From assembly GCF_001194135.2 (NCBI RefSeq), contig NC_068990.1:32552746-32593310 (forward strand): DNA of 40,565 nucleotides, given 5' to 3'. The notes under the pieces were generated by a model. That model was not told the DNA's origin. It searched no databases and saw only the letters and a program-made list of their open reading frames with translations. The stretch's first letter is position 1, and each line of letters starts with the position of its first letter. This stretch comes from Octopus bimaculoides. Its lineage: Eukaryota. The translations under genes were made by a program, and so were the position numbers. Shown in pieces: positions 10,118 through 22,079 of this stretch.

Positions 10118-10925
10118 TTTATAGAAGCAATATATCCATATGCATATATTTCAAGAACAGTGATACTGCTATATGCAAATTTCATGAACAGCAATGTGGC
10201 TATCTGAAAATGTTAGGACTAGCAATGTAGCTGTATCTACATTTTATTGCTAACAATATAGCCGTGTGTACATATCTTGTCTAGTGCTGTAAATGTGTGA
10301 ATATTTCATGGCTACTAATGCAGCTGTGTGTATATTTCATGGATAGCACTGCATTTGAGTACCAATTTCATCACTAGAAATGTAGCTATAAGTGTGTGTA
10401 CATTTCATAGTGAGCAAAGCAACAGCTCTATGTATATTCTATGGCAAGCAGTGCAGCAGCTGTAATTACATTTCATGGCTGGCAGTGTAGCAGCTGTGTG
10501 TGCATTTCATGGCTGGCAATACAGCGATTGTGTGTATATTTCATGGCTGGCAGTGCAGCATCTGTGTGTATATTTCATAGTTGGCAGTATAACAGCTGTG
10601 TATACATTTCCTGGCAAGCAGTGCAGCAACTGTGTGTACACTTCATGACTGGCAGTGCAACAGCTATGTGTACATTTCATGGCTGGCAGTGTTGCAGCTG
10701 TGTACACATTTCATGGTTGGCAGTGTAGTAGCTGTGTGTACATTTCATGGCTGGCAGTGCTGCAGCTGTGTACACATTTCATGGTTGGCAGTGTGGCAGT
10801 TGTGTGTACATTTCATGGCTGGCAGTGTGGCAGATGTTTGTACATTTCATGCCTACGAATGTAAGTTTGAATTTTCTATGGATAGCAATATAGAATATAT
10901 GTTCTTCTAACAGCAGATGTGTACA
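10118..10925. repeat. Minisatellite: old 31-bp phase with a younger 34-bp block (tttcatggctggcagtgcagcagctgtgtgtaca)
   Basis: tttcatg-like anchors at 10149, 10180, 10211, 10242, 10273, 10304, 10335 and 10366 (31 bp apart), one 37-bp unit, then 34-bp spacing from 10403 to 10845. Confidence 0.9.
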
Positions 10926-11535
10926 TTGACATATGCTTCCACTCAAGAAGCTTATATTTACACTGATATTATAAGAAAAGGGAACATAATAGATAAAATC
11001 TAGACATCATTCTATAAAATAAGTGTGATATGATTGTAGAGTTGGAAATAGTGTGGGCTCAGTAAGTGTGATCTGATAGCATAATATGGTGAGAGATAGT
11101 ATGGAATAAAATCTTGAATCTAAGGAAAGCAGCAATGCTGGAGCATGTTGGTAATAATTAACCTTGAGAATTTGGTAAGTTTAGTAATTTGTGAGAAGGA
11201 TTGAAGAAAATAGATCCTTTTCTTTTGTATGAGGGTAAGGATTGAAAAGATAGACTGATAGCTATATATATATATAGAGAGGGAGAGAGGGAGGTGAGAT
11301 ATGTTACTTTGGCTGCAGGTTAAAGTAAATGAGTAAGCATGTAATGTGGGGGAGTGAGGGAGTAATGTGAGGAGATGTGTGAGGGTTGGCAGTCTGGAGT
11401 AGGAGGTAAAAAAAGAGGGAGGGAAGTTGAACTAGAGAGGGAAAGTAGAAGGAACTAATATTTCTAGTTGAGCAGAAGGATAAGACAGAGGAGATGAGGA
11501 AAGAGAACACAGTAAGATAAGAATGGAAAATAAAA

Positions 11536-11536
<1 letters not shown>

Positions 11537-11591
<55 letters not shown>

Positions 11592-11608
11592 CTCTCTCTC
11601 TCTCTCTC
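11537..11608. repeat. Compound (CA)n(CT)n microsatellite
   Basis: Directly visible. Confidence 0.95.
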
Positions 11609-11611
11609 CTG

Positions 11612-11925
11612 CAGTTGATGAAAATAAGTACTAGTTAAGTACTAGGGTCAGTGTAGTTGACTAGCCTCCTGTCCCATGATTTCAGACCTTGAGTCAATAA
11701 TAGAAAGCATTATTGTGATAATGTTTATAACATTGGCATATAAGGTCTGAAATTTGAGGGAGAGTGTCTAGACTACCACTGACTCCAGTATTTCACTATT
11801 ACTTTATTTCATTGACCCCAGAAGATTAAACGGTAAATTTAGCTGTGGCGGGATTTGAACTCAGAATGTAAAAGACCATAAGGTACTAAAAGTCATTTTA
11901 TCCAATGCTCTATTGATTCCGTATC
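11612..11925. mobile_element. Tail-to-tail pair of family C SINEs (+ tail 11612-11715; - copy 11725-11925)
   Basis: aaataagtactag..gtactagggtcagtgtagttgact..atttcagaccttg is followed by its diverged reverse complement and by a gggatttgaactcagaa B-box reverse complement. Confidence 0.65.
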
Positions 11926-11959
11926 CCTGCACAATATTACAGATTTGCAGAGGAGAGTT

Positions 11960-12210
11960 ACAGTATATAAAAATCATCCTAGCACATTACTGGTACATAA
12001 TTTTTGACTTGAAGAGGAAAAGTGAAATTGATTTTGGTAGGATTTGAATTTGAGGAGAGGGGTTTAAAATACCATCATCTCCAATACTTTACTGGTACTT
12101 AATTTATCAACCCCCGGGAAGATGAAAACTAAAGTTGGGCTTGGTGTGATTTGAACTCAGAATGTAAAGAGCCACAAGGCATTTTTGCTCATTTACTGTA
12201 ATGGTTCTGT
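11960..12210 (-). mobile_element. Two partial family C SINEs
   Basis: tactggtac..atttgaa and caatactttactggtacttaatttatcaaccccgggaagatgaaa..atttgaactcagaatgtaaag. Confidence 0.6.
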
Positions 12211-12289
12211 CAATCTGTCATTATTATAATAACAATAATGATGAATACAATGATAATTATAATTATAATGAAAATTGCACAAAATAGGT

Positions 12290-12530
12290 GGTTGTTGTTT
12301 AGTCACTGGTCATCTTTGATCAAAAGACCTCTATAGTCAAAGACATTCTAGCAATGATCACTCAGTTTTGTTAGCAATGGACCACTCAGTCTTATTTTCA
12401 GAGACTTAGTGTATCTTGGACTACATTTTCCAGTGTGCCCCATCCTTGTTCATGACAATAGGTTAGGATCTGAAATAGACTTGGCTGTTATTTCTAACAG
12501 ATTGAAGAACCATGTAGAAAGCTCTCATTT
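12290..12530. repeat. Old interspersed repeat (family F)
   Basis: Similarity to 3565-3730. Confidence 0.4.
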
Positions 12531-12790
12531 TATTGACATGTATTTTTACAACCTCACATAGATAAAAGTGGCATTCAACTTCTGTTAGATTTACTTTATA
12601 GCCACTCTGTCATATTTTTAAAAACATTTCTAACATAGTTTAAGTAGACTAAGTCCACCTCAGCTGGATTTGAAATCAGATTATAAAAGAATGTAACTAA
12701 AAGTCATTTGGTCTGGCCTTCTGCTGTTTCTGATATTCACTCCTCAATGATGGTGATGATGATGATAGTGGCAGCAGTGATAATCTTTAA

Positions 12791-13029
12791 CCCTTTAACT
12801 GCAAAATTAAATTTTATGGTTATTCTAGTAATGATATTAAATATCTACTGAAAATAGAATTGGTATTTTCTGCGAGTCACGTTGCCTTAATAAACTTGTA
12901 TTATCTCAACAAAAAATAGTTTCAAACATGACATTCTGAACAAAAAATAGACTGACTTATAAAGCTGCTTTCTGTAGTTTAGGGTAATGAAATTTTGAGT
13001 GGATATTTCTGATTTCTACAGCAAAAGGG
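12791..13029. mobile_element. Possible TTAA-type (piggyBac-like) MITE
   Basis: ttaa|ccctttaactgcaaaat ... atttctacagcaaaaggg|tgaa: imperfect TIR and a mutated TTAA. Confidence 0.35.
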
Positions 13030-13039
13030 TGAATATTTT

Positions 13040-13225
13040 CAGAAAGCTACAAACTTTAGAGGGTGGGAACAGTTGATTAAATTAACTTTGTAGTATTTCA
13101 TTTATACTTAGTTTGTTGATCTCTTATAAGGATAAAAGTCAAAGTTAACTTTGTCAGAAATTGAACTCAGAATATAAAAAGAGACTTAACTAAATATGTA
13201 CAAGGCATTTTCTTTGCCACTCTAC
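13040..13225 (-). mobile_element. Degenerate family C SINE
   Basis: gataaaagtcaaagttaactttgtcagaaattgaactcagaa..caaggcatttt. Confidence 0.55.
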
Positions 13226-13516
13226 AGAATCTTGTCCTGAAATAATAATAGTAGGCCATACCAAAGGATACATCCTTGTTCTGTATAAGGTTGTGCTGTT
13301 CCAGTTGATAGATTCATGTAGCTGAAGAATGATACTTCCAAAGTGTAACATAAGGCTTTTTCATCAAGGCAACTTCCAAGAGTCCTGAAAAAATGATAAG
13401 AGGTGAAAGGAATTTAATGATTACATTTTCAGTGAACACTGGTAACAGACTTGTTCCTTTCACTATTTGTTGTGTGTGCATGTGTATGCTTGTGTGCATG
13501 TATGTGTGTGTATCAT

Positions 13517-13730
13517 AACCATCACCATCATTATTTAGCATTCTTTTTTTCCATGCCAGCATGGGTTGGATGGTTCAACATGAACTGACAAGCTTAAGGG
13601 CTACACCAAACTCCAGTGTCTGCTTTGGGATAATTTCTCTGGCTGGATGTCCTTCCTAATGCCAATCACTTTACAGAATGTACTGGGTGCTTTTTTATCA
13701 AAGCACCAACACTTGTGAGATCAGCAACAT
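13517..13730 (-). mobile_element. RTE 3' end (family A), reverse orientation
   Basis: catcatt..ttccatgccagcatgggttgga..ggctggatgtccttcctaatgccaatcact..gggtgcttt. Confidence 0.75.
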
Positions 13731-13819
13731 TGAGGGATATGAAAGTATGGGACAGGATAGAGGGACAGGGGCAGGGTCTTGCTAAACAGATGAATACATG
13801 TCCAGCCAAGGGCAAAAAT

Positions 13820-13955
13820 TACTTTTACTCAAAAACAGGTGAGTGTTGATAATAGGAAAGGGTCTGGCCATAAGAAACCTATATTAACAAATTCCACATG
13901 ACTCATGTAAATATGGAAATGTGGATGTTAAAATTATGACGATGATGATGATATA
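13820..13955 (+). mobile_element. RTE-like tail fragment (variant E)
   Basis: aacaggtgagtgttgataataggaaagggtctggccata..atggaaatgtggatgttaaa..gatgatg, similar to 33860-34005. Confidence 0.55.
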
Positions 13956-14738
13956 TGTATATACGTATGTATAATGTGTGTGTATGTGTCTATATATATG
14001 TACTTGTGTCTTTATGTGTGCATGAATACAGTAGAGTAAAAAAAATCCAGAGTTGTAAAGAACGCTGTACAAGGATGTAATGTAATGTAGGTTATAAATT
14101 ACATTTTAAGATGAAATTACATAGTTTGCCACTATTAGTTTTATGTTTCACTAGTTTTCAAGTAAACAATTTTGTATTTCTATATAGGATAAACTCAAAA
14201 ACCCATTAAATAAGCTCTTTAATGTAAACTAATTGATGAAGTTGGAACATTAGTGTATGAGGCTGCCAGTAATTTCCCCAACTTGCCTTTCTGAAGACAA
14301 AAATAACAAACTTTTTTTATATATATTTCATATGTTATATTATATTATATTTATTATATAAAAATAGATTGCATTAAAAAAGGACAATCTACTCAAGTTT
14401 TGCCCTTGGCTGATCACAGCTATATATAATCATGATTATTATCATCCTGACTATCATTATTGTGATTGTTGTGACATCTACTTTTCCATAATTGCAAGAG
14501 TTAGGCAAGATTATGTTGGGACAGAATTCTCTACAACTGGGTGCCGTTCCTGACATCAACCTTCGCATTTTTGCCAAGTTAGGTAATAATTCCCCCAGCA
14601 TCTCAAACAATGAGCAACTTGAACATGGCTACATGGAGAACTGGAAACAAATGACATTGTTTGAACGAACCTTTTGTTTACGACTAGTGATTAAGGGAAA
14701 GGTGACGGAAAATATAGATTCACACACAAACATGTATG

Positions 14739-14838
14739 NNNNNNNNNNNNNNNNNNNNNNNNNNNNNNNNNNNNNNNNNNNNNNNNNNNNNNNNNNNNNN
14801 NNNNNNNNNNNNNNNNNNNNNNNNNNNNNNNNNNNNNN
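14739..14838. other. Assembly gap (100 N)
   Basis: N run. Confidence 1.
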
Positions 14839-15060
14839 CCCCCATGACTTCTATCCCTCCTGTCTGTTCGGAGTACGGCATACTCTGGAATGTTTATCTC
14901 CGCATTTGCTATATTAGATGTTAGATGCGTTTCGGTAAGCACCATGCATATTGCTTGATTGCATGTAACTTTTACAAGAATTTTATCAGGAAGCCAGTGT
15001 GTAAAAAAATTCATAAGGCAAATTTCTATTCCCAAGAATATAATTATTCGTTTATACTTA
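14839..15060 (-). mobile_element. LINE ORF2 apurinic-endonuclease N-terminal fragment (CR1/L2-like)
   Basis: CLMNFFTHWLP..NQAICMVLTETHLTSNIANAEINIPEYAVLRTDRRDRSHG matches the APE motif lTETwL...ei.i.gY...R.DR..r.gGG. Confidence 0.75.
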
Positions 15061-15068
15061 TATAAGGC

Positions 15069-15177
15069 CATTACTACAGAATAATGCCACACACTAGACT
15101 TCCCAATAAACACATTTTAGTATTAAAATGTGTTGATTGGGGAAGTCTAGTGTGTGTGGCATTATTCTGTAGTAATG
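15069..15177. repeat. Near-perfect inverted repeat, 51/54-bp arms, 4-nt loop
   Basis: cattactacagaataatgccacacactagacttcccaataaacacatttta-gtat-taaaatgtgttgattggggaagtctagtgtgtgtggcattattctgtagtaatg. Confidence 0.9.
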
Positions 15178-15186
15178 CCCTTAGAT

Positions 15187-16120
15187 NNNNNNNNNNNNNN
15201 NNNNNNNNNNNNNNNNNNNNNNNNNNNNNNNNNNNNNNNNNNNNNNNNNNNNNNNNNNNNNNNNNNNNNNNNNNNNNNNNNNNNNNNNNNNNNNNNNNNN
15301 NNNNNNNNNNNNNNNNNNNNNNNNNNNNNNNNNNNNNNNNNNNNNNNNNNNNNNNNNNNNNNNNNNNNNNNNNNNNNNNNNNNNNNNNNNNNNNNNNNNN
15401 NNNNNNNNNNNNNNNNNNNNNNNNNNNNNNNNNNNNNNNNNNNNNNNNNNNNNNNNNNNNNNNNNNNNNNNNNNNNNNNNNNNNNNNNNNNNNNNNNNNN
15501 NNNNNNNNNNNNNNNNNNNNNNNNNNNNNNNNNNNNNNNNNNNNNNNNNNNNNNNNNNNNNNNNNNNNNNNNNNNNNNNNNNNNNNNNNNNNNNNNNNNN
15601 NNNNNNNNNNNNNNNNNNNNNNNNNNNNNNNNNNNNNNNNNNNNNNNNNNNNNNNNNNNNNNNNNNNNNNNNNNNNNNNNNNNNNNNNNNNNNNNNNNNN
15701 NNNNNNNNNNNNNNNNNNNNNNNNNNNNNNNNNNNNNNNNNNNNNNNNNNNNNNNNNNNNNNNNNNNNNNNNNNNNNNNNNNNNNNNNNNNNNNNNNNNN
15801 NNNNNNNNNNNNNNNNNNNNNNNNNNNNNNNNNNNNNNNNNNNNNNNNNNNNNNNNNNNNNNNNNNNNNNNNNNNNNNNNNNNNNNNNNNNNNNNNNNNN
15901 NNNNNNNNNNNNNNNNNNNNNNNNNNNNNNNNNNNNNNNNNNNNNNNNNNNNNNNNNNNNNNNNNNNNNNNNNNNNNNNNNNNNNNNNNNNNNNNNNNNN
16001 NNNNNNNNNNNNNNNNNNNNNNNNNNNNNNNNNNNNNNNNNNNNNNNNNNNNNNNNNNNNNNNNNNNNNNNNNNNNNNNNNNNNNNNNNNNNNNNNNNNN
16101 NNNNNNNNNNNNNNNNNNNN
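15187..16120. other. Assembly gap
   Basis: N run. Confidence 1.
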
Positions 16121-16168
<48 letters not shown>

Positions 16169-16199
16169 CACACACACACTCACACTTGGAAGGTTCCTT

Positions 16200-16375
16200 T
16201 AGTTGCTATCTCCCAGTTTCACACACAAAGTACTGGTTGGCCATGGCTATAGTATAGGACACCAGTCAACAATATCCACATGGTGGACATGAAACTTTAA
16301 CCACAGGGTTCTGAAAGGAACTGCTTAACCACAGGGTTCTGAAAGGAACTGCTTAACCACACAGCTCTGCCTGCA
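16200..16375 (-). mobile_element. Very degenerate SINE B head containing a 28-bp tandem duplication
   Basis: ttaaccacagggttctgaaaggaactgc at 16297 and 16325, then ttaaccacacagc. Confidence 0.55.
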
Positions 16376-16442
16376 CAGTTATGTAAGTTAGTGTGTGTGT
16401 GTGTAATATATTATGTAACAGGTATACATAAAAATTACATAA

Positions 16443-16741
16443 AAAGCACCGTCCAAACGTAGCCAATGCCAGTGCCCTCTGACTGGCTCCTGTGCTGGTG
16501 GCACGTAAAAAGCACTATCCAAATGTGAACGATGCCAAGCTCACCTGACTGGCTCCTGTGCCAGTGGCATGTAAAAAGAACCCACTAACTCTTGAAGTGG
16601 TTGGCATTAGGAAGGGCATCCAGCTGTAGAAACATTGCCAGATCAGATTGGAGCCTGGTGCAGCAGCTGGCTCTCCAGACTTCAGTCAAACTGTCCAACC
16701 CATGCCAGCATGGAAAACAGATGCTAAACAATGATGATGAT
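16443..16741 (+). mobile_element. RTE 3' end (family A) with two hairpin units
   Basis: Same motifs and GAT tail as the other family A copies. Confidence 0.85.
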
Positions 16742-18988
16742 ATATGGGAAATATATATGCATACATTATATTAGATATATCAGCATATACATAATATATG
16801 GGGTGGATAGTGGTTACAAATATGTCTAATGTCTCAAAATTGTCTTATTTTTCTGTGGGTTAATTTAATGATTATTTTTGTTTTGTTCTTCATTACTGTG
16901 TATCCACTACTGTTTCTTTTTCTGTTGCATCATCAGATGTTTACCCTGTTTGTAGTTCAGACCAGGATCTAAAAAAGTACTTTTTCTATCATCTCATATT
17001 TTCTATTAGGAAAGAGTATTGGTTTCTTTTTTCATTACTTTTGGTTAAATCCTGAACATGCCTCTGATAGAGACATTGTATTCCTTCTATATGTATTGTT
17101 GAATGCATGTATATTTCATGTGTGTCTGATTTTAAGTGATCTTGTCATTCCAGTGTAACCAACCCATTCATCATTGACTGATTCAAAAATGTAAAGAACA
17201 CAAATTTGTATAAATTCAAATGATCTAACATTATGGAATTCTGCGCATCATAAAATCAATGGACTTTGTAAAAAGATTGAACACTATCAATGATCAGCAG
17301 CTAAGCATGATATTGCTCTTGAAATATCCTTATTTTACCAGAACTCATTCCGAGTAAGGAAAGACAATGAACACCTCTTAGGCATAAACTTGGATGATAT
17401 GATATTAGAATGATAAACAAACTACTAGGGCAATACATTCTAGAAAAATTCAGCAACACATGTTTCACTTTATACTAATACTAAAATCTTCTAGGACTAT
17501 TTTTCCTGAATTCAACCTCAAAATAATCATCGAAATCAACCTACCCATTGTAAATTTACTAAAGAAAACAACCACAAAAAAAAAAAAAAAACAGCCAGAA
17601 AGAAATCATCTCCATAGAAAACTCAAAGTATTGCTATATGTAAATAAACATTAACCCACCTTCTACAATAAAGAACTTAATCAGTATCTTCACAATCTCT
17701 TTTTAACAAGATATTTGACCAAGCAATGTCATACTACAACAAAGCTCTCAAAGTGAATGGTTTAAAAAGAAGAATAAAATACTGATCTAAAGCCATGTAG
17801 ATATTTCATAAACCAAACAAACAAGAAAAAGTGGCATTGCATGCTTCAAACTATCCTTCAGTCTAAACTGCCTTTTACTAATCTCCACACATACATAGCT
17901 ATTGAATAGGAACAATACAAAAAATTATTTTGGCTCCACAAAAAAAAAAAAAAAAAAAAAAAAAAAGACATCGTCCAATCCAGAAATAAGCATATACCTC
18001 AAGATGAACAGCTTGCAATATATCATAGTTTATAAAGTCATAGAGATTCAGAGAAAATGCTTTTCTGTATTTAGTTTCATCTTTACACTTCATGAGTTCA
18101 AATTACACCAAAGTCGATTTTGCTTCTTACTTTTTTGCAATTAATGAAATATATATACCAATAATCTACTGGGATTGAATCAATTCACTATCCTTCTCTG
18201 ATCTGAGTTCTAATTCTAGTCAAAACCAACTTATTTCATGAACAAAACTCTTAAGAAACAGACGGATATTTACAATACATTAACATTCCATATCATTTGT
18301 AAATGTTATGCATAAAGTTTGTAAAAAGGAAGGAACTCTACAATGATGGATAGTTTTATAGTAAGATAATACAAAAACATTACTTTTGCCTCACACAATA
18401 CACACATACACACATACACACACATACAAATATATAAATAAATAAATAAATATATAAATAAATAAATAAATATATATATATATATATGTGTGTGTGTGCA
18501 TACACTGGTCTATACCACAGAAAGCCATATTTATGCTTCTGTCATATACAAATATGGTTTCTTGTAAGAAACAAACATATTCATAATACATTCATGAGTC
18601 GTTAATTGAATGAATAGATAAATAAAATTAAAAAAATATAAATTTAATGTCACCATTCATTAATATCATAATATATAACTAATTTTGTAAAAATTCATAA
18701 AAATCATTTTGATGTGTCTTAAATTTTGTTGATTTTGTAAGAATTTTGAATAATAAATTTGATATCAACTCAGCAGGACAAATTCTAAAAGAGATATCCA
18801 ACTGTAATAATAAATTGATTCATCAACTAATGTAGTATTTTTCATTGGTTCTTAATGCACCGATATAAGTGGGAAGTGCTAGGGAGCACTGATTTTGGAA
18901 TGGTCAAATTCTTCTATCTGAGAAAGATTTGACACTGAATGTTTACATTTGCCCTTTTAACCATTTGGTCCTTGTCTTTTGCCCATAG

Positions 18989-19042
18989 AATCATTTCAGT
19001 TGAGTAGTGAGGAATAGTACTCTCTATGGTACATCTTAACAG
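18989..19042 (+). other. Exon-like 54-nt segment with strong splice signals but an in-frame TAG (ESFQLSSEE*YSLWYILT)
   Basis: Acceptor tccttgtcttttgcccatag|, donor cag|gttagt; all three frames contain a stop. Confidence 0.3.
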
Positions 19043-19384
19043 GTTAGTAGATGGTACTTTATTAAAAATATAAAATCCTGCTGGTTTTTTTTCTTTAACT
19101 GATAATTATCTCCAAATTAAATATCTTTAGGCTGATAAAAGACAAACCTCCTGTCAAGACAATGTCAGTTTATTTATAGAATATTTCTTGTAATTATTCT
19201 AAACTACCAGGTGAAGAAATGGTGGTGATGATAGGTGAAGTGGATGAACTAGCAGCGGTAGCGTAACATTGGGGACTCAATCACTGTGTTCTGATTCTTC
19301 AATTTCTTCATGATGACAGGATGAAGGTAACTTGAACATGATTATTTATTTTACTCTATAATGACATAGTTTACAACTGTACCT

Positions 19385-19634
19385 TTTTAGAGTTGTAACA
19401 GTATCATAATGGAGTATTTACATGCACTGAGGTAAACAATCACCATGGAGTATTTACTTACTCCATAGTGGTATAGTTTACTGCTGCATTTACTTACAGT
19501 TGTAAACTGTATTATGGAATATCTACATTCAACAAGGTAAACTACGATCATAGAGTATCTATGTACAGCTGTAAACTCTAGCATTATGGAGTAGCTACTT
19601 AGAGCTGTAAAATACACCACCATAAAGTATCTAT
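19385..19634. repeat. Degenerate ~35-bp minisatellite, about 7 copies
   Basis: Recurring (a/c)g(c/t)tgtaaac...at(c/t)atggagtat(c/t)tac. Confidence 0.65.
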
Positions 19635-19638
19635 TTAA

Positions 19639-19928
19639 CCCATTACTTACCAGTGATCTCATATGAGATCACTTAAAAATTACAAATTTCGTAATTATCT
19701 GTCAATATTTACACATACCTAACCTTTTTGCTATATCTACTAGGTATATGTCTCTGATATTCAAATGAGGTTTGCTAATTTTTCACCCAATATCTCACTT
19801 ATTTCTATTTAAAATGTTATTTTGAAATGTTATTTTGATCATTCCAGCGTGTTTCTAAGGCTGTTTTATGCTAGAAATCAAAGTTTCATTAAAAAATTCC
19901 AGTTAATAGAATTATGGGAGGTAATGGG
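19639..19928. mobile_element. TTAA-flanked MITE (piggyBac/Kolobok-like) with an internal 22-bp palindrome
   Basis: ttaa|cccattac..gtaatggg|ttaa; agtgatctcatatgagatcact at 19652-19673. Confidence 0.65.
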
Positions 19929-20389
19929 TTAAAGCGAGATGGAATTAGTTAGTGAGGATGACATTTGTTAAGACAGGGATACAGTTTTGTAGTTGCAATA
20001 ACAGTGGCTAGATATGAACTGCTGACTCCTTAACCAGTGGCTAGCTATTTATTTGAACATCTCAGTTCTGTGATTGGAGTAACACACTGAGTACAGTGTT
20101 CAATGAAAATTGAGGAACAGACAGTATATATGCTTTTAATACAACACAATCACCCCACTACCTTTCACTGCTATGCTATATTCCCTGCTGTACCCTCTGT
20201 TCATGAAAATGTCTGTACAATACTCAGACTTGCCACTTTATGCACATAGAGTTGGAATGATTGGGTGTCATTCAATCATTTGGTGTGTTGGAATATAAAC
20301 GGCCAAAAAGCTCTGGCTGGCATTCTAACATCTTGGGTTTATTTAAGATCCATATTAGCTTTGTAAGACAGATATTAAACCAACAGTTG

Positions 20390-21075
20390 ACAGCCATGGT
20401 GATGGTGATGATAATGACTAGCAACAAGCAGTTATTATATTACAGCCTATAGCAAGCTGGTAGTGGTAGTGATGATGGGGGTATGATTGCTAGTAAATGT
20501 TGTTTAGCTACAAACTATATAGTTTGTAGATTTCTAACTGACAGGAACTGATAACGACAACATAATATTAACAACACTCTGAAGAATAGCCATTAAAGTG
20601 ATGATGACGATACCGATATTGGTGGTGGTGGCGCCAAGTAGCAGGAGGTGGGGGACGGAATTTTGAAATTAACAGACAAGAAGAAAAAAAAAAGTAGTTA
20701 TGTCAGGTAATTACATTATATCGATGTTGTTTTCCCCTGCAGAGAATAATGGGAGATAACAAAAGTTGGGATGTTAGTGGTGAGTGGGGTCGGAGTAGTT
20801 ATGAGAAGGAAACGATGGGTGGAGAAGAAGATTTTGGGAGCAAGACTAGAAGATAAAGGTGTGTGGTGAGTGGTGGTGAGGAAAAGGTACTGGCACTGAC
20901 GAGGATGGTGGTGGTGGTGGTGGTGGTTGATAGTAATGAAGATGTTCAAGAGTTCATGAGTGATGGTTGTGAGGAAGTATATGTGTGGGTGTGTATGGGT
21001 GGGGGATAATATTAGTGTTGGTAGCGATCACTGTAATGGTGATGGAAGTAATGGGGTGACCATTATGGGGTGGGG
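20390..21075. repeat. Degenerate (GGT/GAT)n low-complexity region
   Basis: Directly visible. Confidence 0.6.
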
Positions 21076-21339
21076 TATTGATGGACATTAAATATGTCTC
21101 ATCCATTGATAGTATTAGATAATAACTCTAAATGGATGTTTTTGTCTCTTGTTTATTGTTTCTATTCTATAATTTTTAACATCTACAAATAAGTTTTGAT
21201 AATCTTGAAGTTGTCAACATCAATAAAATTCCTAATCAATGTCTATAGTTATTAAGTTTATTTATTTTTCTCAGATGGAATTTTACTTTATTTCCTCTTC
21301 AAATTACACTCCATACCCCAACACCTTTTACCATTGTAG

Positions 21340-21720
21340 TTCCATTTAGTTATCACTGTATAGCTCTCTATAGTTCTTCAACCTCTCTATAGCTCCTATG
21401 TATATCTCTACCATCACTGAAGAATTCTTGTACAAGACCTGCACCACTATAAAGCTCCTCTACCATTCTGACAGTGAATAGGTCCTTTCCTGCAGTAGAG
21501 TCATTATATCAATGTATAACTTTTTTGCCAATATATATCCTTTTTACTACTATACGGCACCAGTACCATTGTACGGCCATATATCATAGATCAGTCTCTG
21601 TACCACTGTATAGCTCCAGTACTACTGTATAACCATGTGCCAATGTATATTGTTCCGGTACTACTTTGTACCTCCTATATCATTGTATAACCATGTGCCA
21701 CTGTATTACCATGCAGCATA
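21340..21720. repeat. Degenerate ~19-bp minisatellite (taccactgtatagctcc..)
   Basis: Recurring tac(c/t)a(c/t)tgtata(g/a)c units. Confidence 0.6.
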
Positions 21721-21760
21721 GCTCTGTGATAATGTGCAGGCCCTGTGTCACAATGGGTAC

Positions 21761-22079
21761 GGTAAAGACCCCCTTCAGTCATGAGTGACCATGGGATTGC
21801 ACCTAGAAAGTTACCATCTGAGGCACAAGTCTGGGCAAGGTTATTTATGGAAGACCAGCAGTCACCCATGCATATCAGCCTGCCCTCTCCACACCATGGA
21901 TGTTGTCCAAAGGAAAGGCAAAAGCCAATACAACTTGGCACCAGTGTTGTCACAGTTCATTTCTACGGCTGAGTGAACTGGAGTAACATGACCACAACAC
22001 ACAGCTCGGTCAAGGAATCAAACTCACTACTACATGATTGTGAGCCCGATGCTCTAACCGCTGAGCCATATGCTTTCAC
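21761..22079 (-). mobile_element. tRNA-derived SINE family D
   Basis: Reverse complement starts agcatatggctcagcggttagagc (A box) .. gtgagtttgattcc (B box); near-identical to 32031-32358. Confidence 0.85.

Noticed and set aside
10403-10850. CRISPR-like array
   Set aside because: Units are contiguous with no unique spacers, there are no cas genes and the context is eukaryotic; it is a minisatellite
14492-14738. ORF MQELGKIMLGQNSLQLGAVPDINLRIFAKLG..
   Set aside because: No recognisable motif, weak splice signals, and it runs into a gap
14691-16257. Long ORFs in the ORF track
   Set aside because: Mostly X residues from N gaps; the same applies to 28765-29298 and 39078-39766
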